Shown: positions 20,037-30,073 of the stretch, in pieces
Layout: each line of letters begins with the position of its first letter
Position numbering within the stretch: position 1 is the first letter of the stretch
Assembly: GCA_964458565.1 (NCBI GenBank)
Contig: CAYWJO010000017.1
Coordinates: 1-60,526, forward strand
Origin: an uncultured archaeon
Lineage (GTDB): Archaea; Asgardarchaeota; Thorarchaeia; Thorarchaeales; Thorarchaeaceae
Direction of reading: 5' to 3'
DNA: 60,526 bases
Notes under the pieces: model-generated
The model's database searches: none
What the model saw: the letters and a program-made list of their open reading frames with translations, nothing else
What the model was told of the DNA's origin: nothing
Made by a program: the position numbers and the translations under genes

Positions 20037-21209
20037 ATGAATCGTCCTGTTTTCATCGCTGGTGTTGGAATGACTCCATTTGGAGTGCTACATGACTCAA
20101 TTACAGAATTATCTAGCAAAGCATCTCTTCAAGCGCTCCAAGATTCTGGTCTTGTTGATGCAAGAATCGATAGATTAGTTGTCGGTTGTCAGAATCCCGA
20201 TGAATTCACTGGGATTGGACATCTTTCAACTATCATGAGTGATCAACTTGGTCTTGTGCCAAGCGGCGCGACGCGCGTAGAAACTGGACCCTCCTCTGGT
20301 GCAAGCGGATTTGAGGTGGGCTGTTCATTCATTGCTTCTGGTCTTGCAGAATCTGTCTTAGTGATTGGGGCTGAGAAGATGTCTGAGGTGGGTCGTGGAA
20401 TTGCTTCAAAGATCCTAGCAAAGATGATGTCCAATGAGAATGAGACCAGGTATGGAGCTACACCAACTGCTCTTGCCGCATTGATTACACGAAGATACAT
20501 GCATGAACACGGTCTCACTCGAGATGAACTCTCTCTTGTACCTGTAAAAGCACATAGGAATGGAGCAAAGAATCCTCTTGCTCATTTTCAAAGGGAAGTG
20601 ACTATTGATGAAGTAAACGTATCTCGAATCGTTGCTGATCCACTCACTTTGTACGATTGCTCTCCGATGTCTGATGGAGCTGCAGCAGCTCTACTAGTTT
20701 CTGAAAAGTATATTCCGAAACTACCGAGCAAGGAACTCATTGCGAAGGTTCTTGGTGTTGGGCATGCGACTGATTTTCACGCAATCCAACACCGTGATTC
20801 CATAACATCTTTCAAAGCCACTAAGGTTTCTGCTGATGCTGCATTCAAGATGGCAAAGTGTACAGTCAAAGATATTGATGTCTTTGAATTACATGATGCA
20901 TTCTCAATCCTTGAACTTGTGAATATGGAAGACATTGGTCTATTTCCAAAAGGTGAATCTATCAACTTTGTAAGAGATGAGATAACTGCTGTCCACGGAG
21001 ATACACCTGTCAATCCCACCGGGGGGTTGAAATCCCGGGGTCATCCAACCGGGGCTACAGGAATGGCTCAAATTCACGATTTGGTCCGTCAATTACGAGG
21101 TACAGCTCCTAAAGGATTGCAAGTGCAATCTGCAAGAAAGGGGCTCGCTCATAACATAGGTGGACTTGGAAATAACATGGTTGTGTCCATACTCGAATGC
21201 TTTAGCTAG
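20037..21209 (+). CDS. Archaeal/SCP2-type thiolase-family protein lacking the nucleophilic Cys
   Basis: GVGMTPFG, GAEKM, NPLAHF, DGAAA, HDAF, GHPTGATG, HNIGG; RVETGPSSG where thiolases have RVEAACASG. Confidence 0.88.
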   Translation: MNRPVFIAGVGMTPFGVLHDSITELSSKASLQALQDSGLVDARIDRLVVGCQNPDEFTGIGHLSTIMSDQLGLVPSGATRVETGPSSGASGFEVGCSFIASGLAESVLVIGAEKMSEVGRGIASKILAKMMSNENETRYGATPTALAALITRRYMHEHGLTRDELSLVPVKAHRNGAKNPLAHFQREVTIDEVNVSRIVADPLTLYDCSPMSDGAAAALLVSEKYIPKLPSKELIAKVLGVGHATDFHAIQHRDSITSFKATKVSADAAFKMAKCTVKDIDVFELHDAFSILELVNMEDIGLFPKGESINFVRDEITAVHGDTPVNPTGGLKSRGHPTGATGMAQIHDLVRQLRGTAPKGLQVQSARKGLAHNIGGLGNNMVVSILECFS

Positions 21210-21385
21210 AATTTTGAGACTCGTACAAGATTATCTTATAATTAACAGTTTCGTTTACCCTTTAGCAAAAGTAGTCAAATCAGATAGATGAACCAAGAAT
21301 CTTGTTTGGCTGGGACCTGAAAAGAGTACGCTTCATCTATTGAATGTGAAAATGGATCAATATTCAGGTTCATCGTCTGACTGAT

Positions 21386-22576
21386 ATGCTTTCAAGGATG
21401 GATAGTGAAATGCCCGAAGGTTTGGCAGTACTGAAATGGGATGATGAGCTAGGGCCAGTAGTGACATCAAAAACACCAAAATCTCTCAAAGTGGGACTAG
21501 ATCCCACAACGAGTATGCGAGTATATGGAATCGCAACACTTGGTGAAACAGAAGAATCACAAAAACCCGGCTTTAGTTCTTTAGCTTTTGATGAGTTCAA
21601 GCTCGCCGTATATTATGGTGGGCTCAATATGCACTTGAAAGGACAACCGTCAATGGTATTTCTTGTCTTGCAACCTGATGAAGATTCTGATGTTTACAAG
21701 GATGCACTACCAGAAATAGCGACTCGGATTTTCTTGAATGCAGATGATGACAAATATACAGAGATGGTTCCCAAGCTATTCAAGCAGATTGCACGATACA
21801 CTCAGATGACTCCTGAACAACGCCAAGCATCTATCGTAAGCGATCCTGTTCGTCGTGCTATTCTGCAGACTTTGATGAAGAACGGAACAATCCAATCGTC
21901 TGACCTTGAGCAAATCATCTTCGAAGAAGTAGGCAAGAAGATTGACGTTGACATGGTTCTTCGTCCACTAGTAAAGATGGGAATCATTGCAACTGGTTGG
22001 ATTGAAGGACTTGCTTCAGAGGTCATTTATCTCACACGTGCAATTTTCCTTCTTAGAAAGACTTCTCTTGAATCAATTAAGGCTGCAAGGTCTGGAAAAG
22101 TGCCGCCTGAAGTTGGAACGCAGTACTTAGATTCAAGCAAGCGATACCATCGTGAATATGTTGCCAAACTTCGAAAGGATCTAACTGAAGCAATTTGGAT
22201 TGAGGCTGAGGATCTAACTAGATATATGCTAGACTTTGAGGCATACGATATAGTCCAAATCTTAAGGAAAGGTCCACAATTAACAGAAAAATTAGAGGCA
22301 TTGCTTGATGCATCCAAACCCAATCTTAGGAAGCAATTGACAAACCTTGAGAAAGCAAATATAATTTTCAGGACCAGCGACGAGGACGGGAAAGAACATG
22401 TTCTGTTAAAGTGCAATCCTGAAGTAGTCACTGTTTATCCAGAATGGCTAATCGAACGTACAGTTGAGCTTTACAATCAAGAGGAAATACCAAGTCGACA
22501 GGCTATCCATTATCTCGAAGTTCTAAAGAATTTCCATCCTGATTATGCAACTTCAGCAATGATGGAGGGCGTCTAA
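21386..22576 (+). CDS. Asgard-type protein with uDENN/longin-like N-terminus and winged-helix-like C-terminal domains
   Basis: LAVLKWDDELGPVV resembles the (F/W)DxxxGP first strand of uDENN/NPR2-type longins; DPVRRAILQTL...VLRPLVKMGII and NLRKQLTNLEKANII are wHTH-like. Confidence 0.65.
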   Translation: MLSRMDSEMPEGLAVLKWDDELGPVVTSKTPKSLKVGLDPTTSMRVYGIATLGETEESQKPGFSSLAFDEFKLAVYYGGLNMHLKGQPSMVFLVLQPDEDSDVYKDALPEIATRIFLNADDDKYTEMVPKLFKQIARYTQMTPEQRQASIVSDPVRRAILQTLMKNGTIQSSDLEQIIFEEVGKKIDVDMVLRPLVKMGIIATGWIEGLASEVIYLTRAIFLLRKTSLESIKAARSGKVPPEVGTQYLDSSKRYHREYVAKLRKDLTEAIWIEAEDLTRYMLDFEAYDIVQILRKGPQLTEKLEALLDASKPNLRKQLTNLEKANIIFRTSDEDGKEHVLLKCNPEVVTVYPEWLIERTVELYNQEEIPSRQAIHYLEVLKNFHPDYATSAMMEGV

Positions 22577-22577
22577 G

Positions 22578-25500
22578 ATGTTCAGAAAGCGAATTACAAT
22601 TATCGCTGCAATAGCATTGTTTCTGATGTTGCCAACAGCGGGTAACATGGGCTCTCCATCGACATCATCTATTGCAGATTTCATACCCGAAACTGATGGA
22701 TACCAAGTCGCCGCTGATCCTGATGCAGCTAATTGGTGGAATTCGACATACATCTATCGACGGTATGTCAATGTTTCGGAACCGGGATTAGCTGGTCGGA
22801 CTCTAGTTCCGGTCCATGTATATCTGGAATTCGAGAACGGGCATTGTTATGGTGATTCTATTAGAGTTCTATATTACACCGATCCTGATTCAGTAGAGCT
22901 GCCTTTCCAAGTATGGAATACGACCTATGATTCAACTGGAAACTACATTTTGTCAACGCGTGTGTCCTTTATGGTAAATGTCACACTCAGCTCCTTTGAT
23001 CAGAATTACTACATTTACTATGCCAAAGAAGATGTGGGTTCAGTTAGTTATCCTAACTTCTATCCGTTTGTATACAAAAGCTATACCTTCTCATTGGTGA
23101 ATCTTGCATCATACTATGATGATAACAATTACTTCGTTGAGAAATGGGATGATGCAACCGAGAGATGGGTCGATCCACGAACAATAGATACACGTTGGTC
23201 CTCATCACAAGTTACTCCTGACAATGTACCTAGCGGGATGTTGGATGCATTTGAAGTAATGAGATATGAACCAACTGCACACTCATACACTCCGGGATAC
23301 TTCTGGGGTTCATATGCAGTATACTCCAACTATCCCATGGCTGTATCAATGGGCCAAGGAAATATAGGCCAAAACTCAATTGTAAATGACTGGTGGCCTG
23401 GTGTTGATCAAGTCAGTTCTGGTACCGGGACTGAATATGTCCTTGGTGGTGTTGAAGGAGCTAGTGGTGGAGATAAGGGGAAATATTGGATTCAAGCTGT
23501 AGAGAACCATACTGAAGTCTACGTCTGGACCGCATTGCTTATCGAGGATACTGGTTGGGAGTTCTACAATGGAAGCTCCGTTTTATCATGGCCTGCTACT
23601 CTTAAGGAAGGTGAATACATCTCAAAGAAGAATGTTTTCTATACAAGTTATTTGTATGTGAATACAACTGCACCAGTGATTACACGGCAGGGTGATGTTG
23701 ACTCTTCATATGCACGAGACATCATGGGTTTCTATCCTGATATTAATGGTGCATTAGCTGGTGAAGAATTCTTTATGATTGACATGGGGAATAATGCTGA
23801 TGTATTCAGGCTTACAAATCTTGGTGATAGTAATGCTATTGTTTCCTATAGACGAAAGTCGACTGGAGGCTGGTCAACTTGGACTTCATTGGGAACTATC
23901 GGACCCAACGGTTCCAGTACGATAGCTAAAGGGTCCGCTGGTAGTAGTGATCCTGAGGATATACTTCATGTCAAGAGTTCAACTGGCTCAATGCTAATGA
24001 TTGAAGGAATTTACAATTATGCAACAATGAGCAATGACGAAGGCGATTGGGCTCCGGCAACAACTGGGGACCGTTTTGGTACAACATTCAAGCTATGGGG
24101 TGTCAGATCATGGAAATTCATGTTTGTCGCTACTGAAGCTGCTGAAGTGACAATCACTGGATACAATGGTGGTACTGTCACAATTCCAGCAGGTGGTGTC
24201 AGTGAATTTAGACCTTGGTCTACATCTGCTTCTCTTTTCCACATAGTTTCAAACACATCAATTGGCGTTGTTGATGTAGGACAATTCTCCACATCTTCTC
24301 CTTATGCACCAACTGGAGACACCGGATATGGTTGGCAAGTTCCTGCTTATGTGCCTGAACAAGATCAGAATGGAATTTCCATTATGCCTAGTAATGAGCG
24401 CCATCTCTTCGAGTTTGATATCACAGTCGTTGATGTTGATGGGTTCGTAGTTGAAGGTGCCACAGTAGGATTGTACGTTCCTGGTACTGGAGTCCTCTGG
24501 GAGGATTTGAATACTAAGACGAGAACTGGAACATCTGATTCGAATGGCCTTGTGATTTTCGAAGGTCTCGATAATGAAACATATGAGATTCGAGTAGAGA
24601 TTGATGCAAAATCTTGGCTAACCACATCACTCTCCTCTGTTGTTGTTCAGAAGTATCAGAATGAGTCCATTGTAGGCTCAGTATCTCCGGTAACAATAAC
24701 GCTTCCAATGGGCTCTTTCGATGTCCACTACGAAGACTTGATTGGAAACGTAATGGCACAAACCGCTGATGAAACAACCACGATCCGTGCCAGCACTGAT
24801 GGATCTGGTGATGGATCATCCTATTATGGTCAGACCACGACAAACAGCACAGGCTGGGCCAGTTTCTATAGGCTACCAGTTAATGATTATTCTTTCTTTG
24901 CACAATATACTGGGAATGTGTCCTCATACTCCTATGTTCAGATGAAGGAATATGGTACATGGTCACTCTCGAGTAGTGATTTTGGTAATGGTCCGTTCTC
25001 AAAGAACTTTGTTTTACCCTTAGTCACACTCAATCTGAATGTACTAAGCTGGGATGATCTAGCAGTTGAAGGCGCTTACATAAAAATAACCAATTCACTT
25101 GATACACTTGAGGCTTATCCACTAACACGTATAACAGATGCCAATGGTGATTATGTATTCTATCGTGTTGTGAATGGAACTTGGAGCGTTGATGTCTGGA
25201 AGAATGATGATTATCCTGATACACCTGTTGTACGAAATGATACTGTTTCATTAGACAATATCCAAGGTGAATATTCCAAGACTATCGAGTTGGCACTAAC
25301 TCGTCTAATTGTTCAGGTGAAGACCGATCCTGTGACTGTTGTTATTGGTGCACAGGTTAACATTACTCTGATAGATTCAGGTCTTATCGCCCAAGGTGTT
25401 ACAAATAGCACTGGACATGTCACATTCTTCAATATCCATGGTAACATGAGTTCACCCTACTTAGTAGCCTATAATCTGACTGTACAATCAGGTGACCAGA

Positions 25501-28500
25501 AGAACGATACTGTGACATCCATTAAATGTGACTATGATTGGAGATACATCAATGTCATATACATAACAACCCCAACGTATAATGACTATTATACGGAGCT
25601 GAACTCTACAAAGTACTATATCACGGTGAAATATGGTCAGAACGCAACTTTCACGGTTGGATATTACGATCGAGACGATTCTGGTACAGGAACGGTTTCC
25701 TTAGATGCCTCATCATGGGTTAATTTCTCAATCTATCTAGAAGGCGCTTACATAGGAACAGGAAGTTGGGCTTTCACAGGACCTGGCGACATTTGGGTTT
25801 CACAATCCTCACCGATTAATTTCGATATGATTGTATCAACATTTTACTGGGGTCTTGATGTCTCTGATTCGCCATATACAATACGTATCAATGCACATAC
25901 TGATTCGCCATGGCTGAATCCTGCAGAGATTCTAGTGTATATCACAGTTCAGAATGCACAGACTAGTACAGGTATTGGTGATGCATCAATCAGCGAATAT
26001 TACAAGACTCATGATTCACATGATTTCTGGTTGATTGATATTACGAGCAATCCTGATGTAAATCTAACCTCTCTCGACTTCTTCACATATTCAGTGAAGG
26101 AAGGTGCGAGCGAAGTTCGAAACGGTGCATTGATTACAGTATCACATATCTATCAACTACCTGAGGATGCGCTTCACGGACTTGAGGTTGGAACCTATAC
26201 CTTGACAGTCTTCCTAGGAAAGCAGAATTACCTTAATCAATCTGTCATAATAGATATTGAGATTACTGCTGTTCCAATGGCTGTATCAAATATCAACTTT
26301 GGAAGCTATGTCTGGGATACAACCGGTCAAAGCTTCACATTCAGCTATATCTTCAATTTTGATGGAAATACTACAAACCCTGACTTGGCAGCTGTGTACG
26401 TGTCAGTTCAATGGTTGACATATTCCGGTGGTATCGCATATGGTTCACCAATAGTTGCTACAATTGATTCTGTTTCAAATGAGATTACCTTTGACTTTCC
26501 CGGTGACCATGTTCCGTCAGGAAATTGGAATGTTTCCATTACCTGTTCAAAGGATAACTATGGCATGGCCATTGGTTACTTAACAAGTCCCGTTATCGTA
26601 CTTGACGCTCCAACTATTTTAACATCCGAAACTTCTTCGAGTGTCATTACTCCTTGGCAGACTAGTGCAGTCATTGAAGTCCGATTTGCTCGAGTCAGTG
26701 GAGATGTAGGTCTCATCGGAGCGAGCCTAGCCCATAACTGGACAGATTCTGTATCACTCATCTATCAAGGTGATGGTGTCTATAGAATCACCCTAGCAAC
26801 CTCCATTGCAGCAGACATTTATCCAGTACGATTAACTCTCTCAGCAACTAATCACGAGAACAGCTTTGTTGAGGCAACAGTTACAATACTCATACCTCTG
26901 CTTATCGAAAGCGATTATTCTTCAGCTGAAGATCCACTTGAAACATACTGGACGCGAATGTTTAACATCAGTGTCATGTTGTTGGACCAGTCTAGAGGCA
27001 ATGCCCCAGTTGAAGGTGCAATACCTCAGTATACCTGGCATCTTCAGTTTGTCGTTGATAAGAGTGGCACTCTAGCAAATCTGACTGGAGGACTATATTA
27101 TGTGACTCTCAATGCACAAGATGCGATTCCATTAGATGATTTGTATAACGTATTCATCACTGTCACTATGCCTGGTGCATCCGATGCATCAGTCACGATA
27201 TTCGTAAAAATCAGTGCAGTACCAAACGAGATTGTCATTCCAATGGACTACGAGTTCATGGAAGCATACTATGCAGATAGCTTCGCGTTATCTTTCTATT
27301 GGAATAACACTCTTGATAACGAAGCAATCAAAACATTTGACATAGCGACTTATCGAGTTCTTGGTATCACAGATAATATCACTACAGGCGTAAACAATGG
27401 TAATGGATGGTATACAATTATTGTCAATACCGCTGCGTTGAGTATGAATGCAGCTGAACAGGGAACGGTCTACATGATTCGAATCACCATGTTTCTGGAT
27501 GGATTCCAAGCTCATGAGTTTGCATATTCAATCATCCTTGTAAAAGAGACTCCCGCTTCCCTCGTTGTTGAATCAATTGACAGAGTGAACTGGTCTGACT
27601 CCTTTGACATTACAGCAAGACTCTATGATGCTGAACATGGGGGTCTCATCTATGAAGGTGCAACTGTCACTGTTCTTTATGGTGTACATTCTGAAGTGAT
27701 GACCTATAATTCACTAGAGGGTACTTTCACTGCTTCAATTCAATCTGATGAGTGGTTTGCAGCAAGTACAACTCCATATGCTTTGACGTTCACCTATATC
27801 TTACCAAACTACATAGATAGTGCAAATACTACGGCTGTCTTTATTGATCCGATTCCAGGTATTATCATCAAGGAATTACCTGTAGTCTATGAATACACTT
27901 GGACAAACACTTTCTTGTTACGTGTTGAAGTCCATGAAGACTATGGTACAAGATCTCCCCTACAGAACGTTATGGTTTATTATCAGTGGAGTGGAACTAG
28001 TGAACTATACCCGCTAACATACTACTTTGATATCTATGATTTCTATAATGTCACAGTATTAACTGGAGCTGTTCCTGCTGGAACATATGACTTGCTGGTT
28101 ATTGTAGATAATGAGAACTATACCATTCCTGCCCTAACGATACCTGTGGTCATCAACAAGGTTGATACTTCACTAGAATCAGACTTTAATTCCTATGAGG
28201 TATATTATGGTGATACTGGTTTAGCTATCTTACTAAATTACAGTGTAGCTGATTCAAGCGTAGACTTAACCGGACCACTCGCTGGTGCCATTGTTAGTAT
28301 GAACTATGCTGGTTCTCTGTATAATGCGACATATCAATCTGGAATCTATAGATTGAATTTCAATCCATCAGAGATGAATGTATCCTTAGTGCCAGGTCAA
28401 TTTACATTAACGATAACAGCCCATCGACCAAACTATGAGATACAAACCATTAATCCAATTCTTACAATTGTTGCAAGGACTTCATTAAGTGGACCTGAAA

Positions 28501-29849
28501 TTCTTATGGAGGAAGGACAACCTGTCGTTGTGGTGGTTCAGTATCTTGATATCTCATCAGGCGTACCAATTGGACCTGATACGATAACATCTCTGACTCT
28601 TGTGACATCTACAGCAACCTATGAGTTCGACGACTTCACTTGGAATGGAACTCACTATTCCATCACACTGACTTCTGAACAGATTGGGCCAGTACGAGCA
28701 GAAGCATATCAATTGCAAATAAATGCAGAAGCGCCTCTCTATGAATCACAGGATGAACAAGTGATTAGAATTACCATCTCTGAGGCAATGATTGATGTTC
28801 TGGGATTCATACCCCTTCCCTTCCTGCAAGGTTTGATTGTACTTCCCGTATCCCAATTTCAGCTTATTCTCATGATGTCTGTAATCTTCATTGGTGCCGT
28901 TGCGATTGGTGTCGGTGTCCGAAGATGGAGAGTGCCCTACCAGATCAAGCAGATTAACAAGGCGGTTGGAGCGATGGAGGATGGAAAACATGCTTCTGTT
29001 GACAACATCAAGAATATGGGTATGGTTGTATCAGAACTACTTGCTGCTGGGCTCGCTGAGTTTGATATTGCTGCACCTATCATCGATGTGGTCGCTGTTA
29101 GTGAATATGAGGATATTCTCACTGACGATACCGAGGAGCTCCTTGATGAGCTTGATGCATTAGATGGCATAGGTGTAGATGATTCAACTCCCTCTGTCCC
29201 TGAAGATGACTTTGAGTCTGAGCTCGCAGCTGAGCTTGATGACCTGGTGGAGGATTCTGATGTAGCAGCTGTTCCAGAACCAGAGCCTGAACCAGAGCCA
29301 GCCATTGGGGACGAAGAGGTTGAGGTTGATTCTGAGGATGTTCCTGAACCAGAGTTCGAACAAGAACCTGATGTTGAGGTTGAAGAGGCTGAGGCTGAAG
29401 TTGTTTCTGAACCTGAATGGACACTTGAAGCAGAATCTGAAGAGGTGTTCGAAGAACCTAAGGAACCTTCTGAAGATGAACCCGAAGCAGATGTTGAGGA
29501 GTTTGAAGAAGAAGAGCCTGAGCTTGAATCAGATGATGTGGATGATGAGGATTTCGAACAAGACGATGATTCGTCAGATTATGAAGAGGAATCCACTGAG
29601 GATTTTGAACTGTCTAAAGATGAAGCGATAGTGGATGATACTGAAGAGAACTTGGATGATGATTCATCTAATGATGTGCTCGATGATGAACCAGATGAAG
29701 CTGAGCCACTCTCAAAAGCTGAACTCATTGAACGTCTACCTGATGAGATCAAGGAATCCATGTCTGAAGATGAGTTGAAGAAACTCTCTAAGAAAGAACT
29801 CGAAGCTCTCCTAACTTCAATTGAACATGAATCCGATTTGGAGGAATAA
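22578..29849 (+). CDS. Giant type I membrane surface protein (2423 aa): DUF2341-like, IgGFc-binding-like, prealbumin/Ig-like repeats, TM helix, acidic cytoplasmic tail
   Basis: Signal peptide; WWNSTYIYRRYV (DUF2341-like); repeated V.GA.V...T.SNG units; G.G.Y.I repeats; TM ILMMSVIFIGAVAIGVGV followed by RRWR; ~250-aa D/E-rich tail. Confidence 0.88.
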   Translation: MFRKRITIIAAIALFLMLPTAGNMGSPSTSSIADFIPETDGYQVAADPDAANWWNSTYIYRRYVNVSEPGLAGRTLVPVHVYLEFENGHCYGDSIRVLYYTDPDSVELPFQVWNTTYDSTGNYILSTRVSFMVNVTLSSFDQNYYIYYAKEDVGSVSYPNFYPFVYKSYTFSLVNLASYYDDNNYFVEKWDDATERWVDPRTIDTRWSSSQVTPDNVPSGMLDAFEVMRYEPTAHSYTPGYFWGSYAVYSNYPMAVSMGQGNIGQNSIVNDWWPGVDQVSSGTGTEYVLGGVEGASGGDKGKYWIQAVENHTEVYVWTALLIEDTGWEFYNGSSVLSWPATLKEGEYISKKNVFYTSYLYVNTTAPVITRQGDVDSSYARDIMGFYPDINGALAGEEFFMIDMGNNADVFRLTNLGDSNAIVSYRRKSTGGWSTWTSLGTIGPNGSSTIAKGSAGSSDPEDILHVKSSTGSMLMIEGIYNYATMSNDEGDWAPATTGDRFGTTFKLWGVRSWKFMFVATEAAEVTITGYNGGTVTIPAGGVSEFRPWSTSASLFHIVSNTSIGVVDVGQFSTSSPYAPTGDTGYGWQVPAYVPEQDQNGISIMPSNERHLFEFDITVVDVDGFVVEGATVGLYVPGTGVLWEDLNTKTRTGTSDSNGLVIFEGLDNETYEIRVEIDAKSWLTTSLSSVVVQKYQNESIVGSVSPVTITLPMGSFDVHYEDLIGNVMAQTADETTTIRASTDGSGDGSSYYGQTTTNSTGWASFYRLPVNDYSFFAQYTGNVSSYSYVQMKEYGTWSLSSSDFGNGPFSKNFVLPLVTLNLNVLSWDDLAVEGAYIKITNSLDTLEAYPLTRITDANGDYVFYRVVNGTWSVDVWKNDDYPDTPVVRNDTVSLDNIQGEYSKTIELALTRLIVQVKTDPVTVVIGAQVNITLIDSGLIAQGVTNSTGHVTFFNIHGNMSSPYLVAYNLTVQSGDQKNDTVTSIKCDYDWRYINVIYITTPTYNDYYTELNSTKYYITVKYGQNATFTVGYYDRDDSGTGTVSLDASSWVNFSIYLEGAYIGTGSWAFTGPGDIWVSQSSPINFDMIVSTFYWGLDVSDSPYTIRINAHTDSPWLNPAEILVYITVQNAQTSTGIGDASISEYYKTHDSHDFWLIDITSNPDVNLTSLDFFTYSVKEGASEVRNGALITVSHIYQLPEDALHGLEVGTYTLTVFLGKQNYLNQSVIIDIEITAVPMAVSNINFGSYVWDTTGQSFTFSYIFNFDGNTTNPDLAAVYVSVQWLTYSGGIAYGSPIVATIDSVSNEITFDFPGDHVPSGNWNVSITCSKDNYGMAIGYLTSPVIVLDAPTILTSETSSSVITPWQTSAVIEVRFARVSGDVGLIGASLAHNWTDSVSLIYQGDGVYRITLATSIAADIYPVRLTLSATNHENSFVEATVTILIPLLIESDYSSAEDPLETYWTRMFNISVMLLDQSRGNAPVEGAIPQYTWHLQFVVDKSGTLANLTGGLYYVTLNAQDAIPLDDLYNVFITVTMPGASDASVTIFVKISAVPNEIVIPMDYEFMEAYYADSFALSFYWNNTLDNEAIKTFDIATYRVLGITDNITTGVNNGNGWYTIIVNTAALSMNAAEQGTVYMIRITMFLDGFQAHEFAYSIILVKETPASLVVESIDRVNWSDSFDITARLYDAEHGGLIYEGATVTVLYGVHSEVMTYNSLEGTFTASIQSDEWFAASTTPYALTFTYILPNYIDSANTTAVFIDPIPGIIIKELPVVYEYTWTNTFLLRVEVHEDYGTRSPLQNVMVYYQWSGTSELYPLTYYFDIYDFYNVTVLTGAVPAGTYDLLVIVDNENYTIPALTIPVVINKVDTSLESDFNSYEVYYGDTGLAILLNYSVADSSVDLTGPLAGAIVSMNYAGSLYNATYQSGIYRLNFNPSEMNVSLVPGQFTLTITAHRPNYEIQTINPILTIVARTSLSGPEILMEEGQPVVVVVQYLDISSGVPIGPDTITSLTLVTSTATYEFDDFTWNGTHYSITLTSEQIGPVRAEAYQLQINAEAPLYESQDEQVIRITISEAMIDVLGFIPLPFLQGLIVLPVSQFQLILMMSVIFIGAVAIGVGVRRWRVPYQIKQINKAVGAMEDGKHASVDNIKNMGMVVSELLAAGLAEFDIAAPIIDVVAVSEYEDILTDDTEELLDELDALDGIGVDDSTPSVPEDDFESELAAELDDLVEDSDVAAVPEPEPEPEPAIGDEEVEVDSEDVPEPEFEQEPDVEVEEAEAEVVSEPEWTLEAESEEVFEEPKEPSEDEPEADVEEFEEEEPELESDDVDDEDFEQDDDSSDYEEESTEDFELSKDEAIVDDTEENLDDDSSNDVLDDEPDEAEPLSKAELIERLPDEIKESMSEDELKKLSKKELEALLTSIEHESDLEE

Positions 29850-29858
29850 AAGACTGAT

Positions 29859-29883
29859 TGATAGAGAGATATTCCCTCTATCA
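29859..29883 (+). terminator. Hairpin after the giant surface-protein gene
   Basis: TGATAGAG...CTCTATCA, 10 nt after the stop. Confidence 0.45.
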
Positions 29884-30073
29884 TCGCTAATCTTTCACTA
29901 ACGAGCCTAAAATGAGGAACTGAAAAGCAATGGGTGCGAAAATGCTCTATAATAGCTCGATGGAAAAGACAAACAAGATAGCCTCAAATGAGGTAATTCC
30001 CATTTCTCTCTGTCAAGTTTATCCTTACAAGACCAGACAATACCTTATTTCCAGCAGCGGAGGCTTACATTGA

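Noticed and set aside
28937-29884. Ser-rich antisense and alternative-frame ORFs over the acidic tail, and short GAACC(A/T)GAG repeats
   Set aside because: Shadows of the low-complexity D/E/P coding sequence of the 2423-aa gene.
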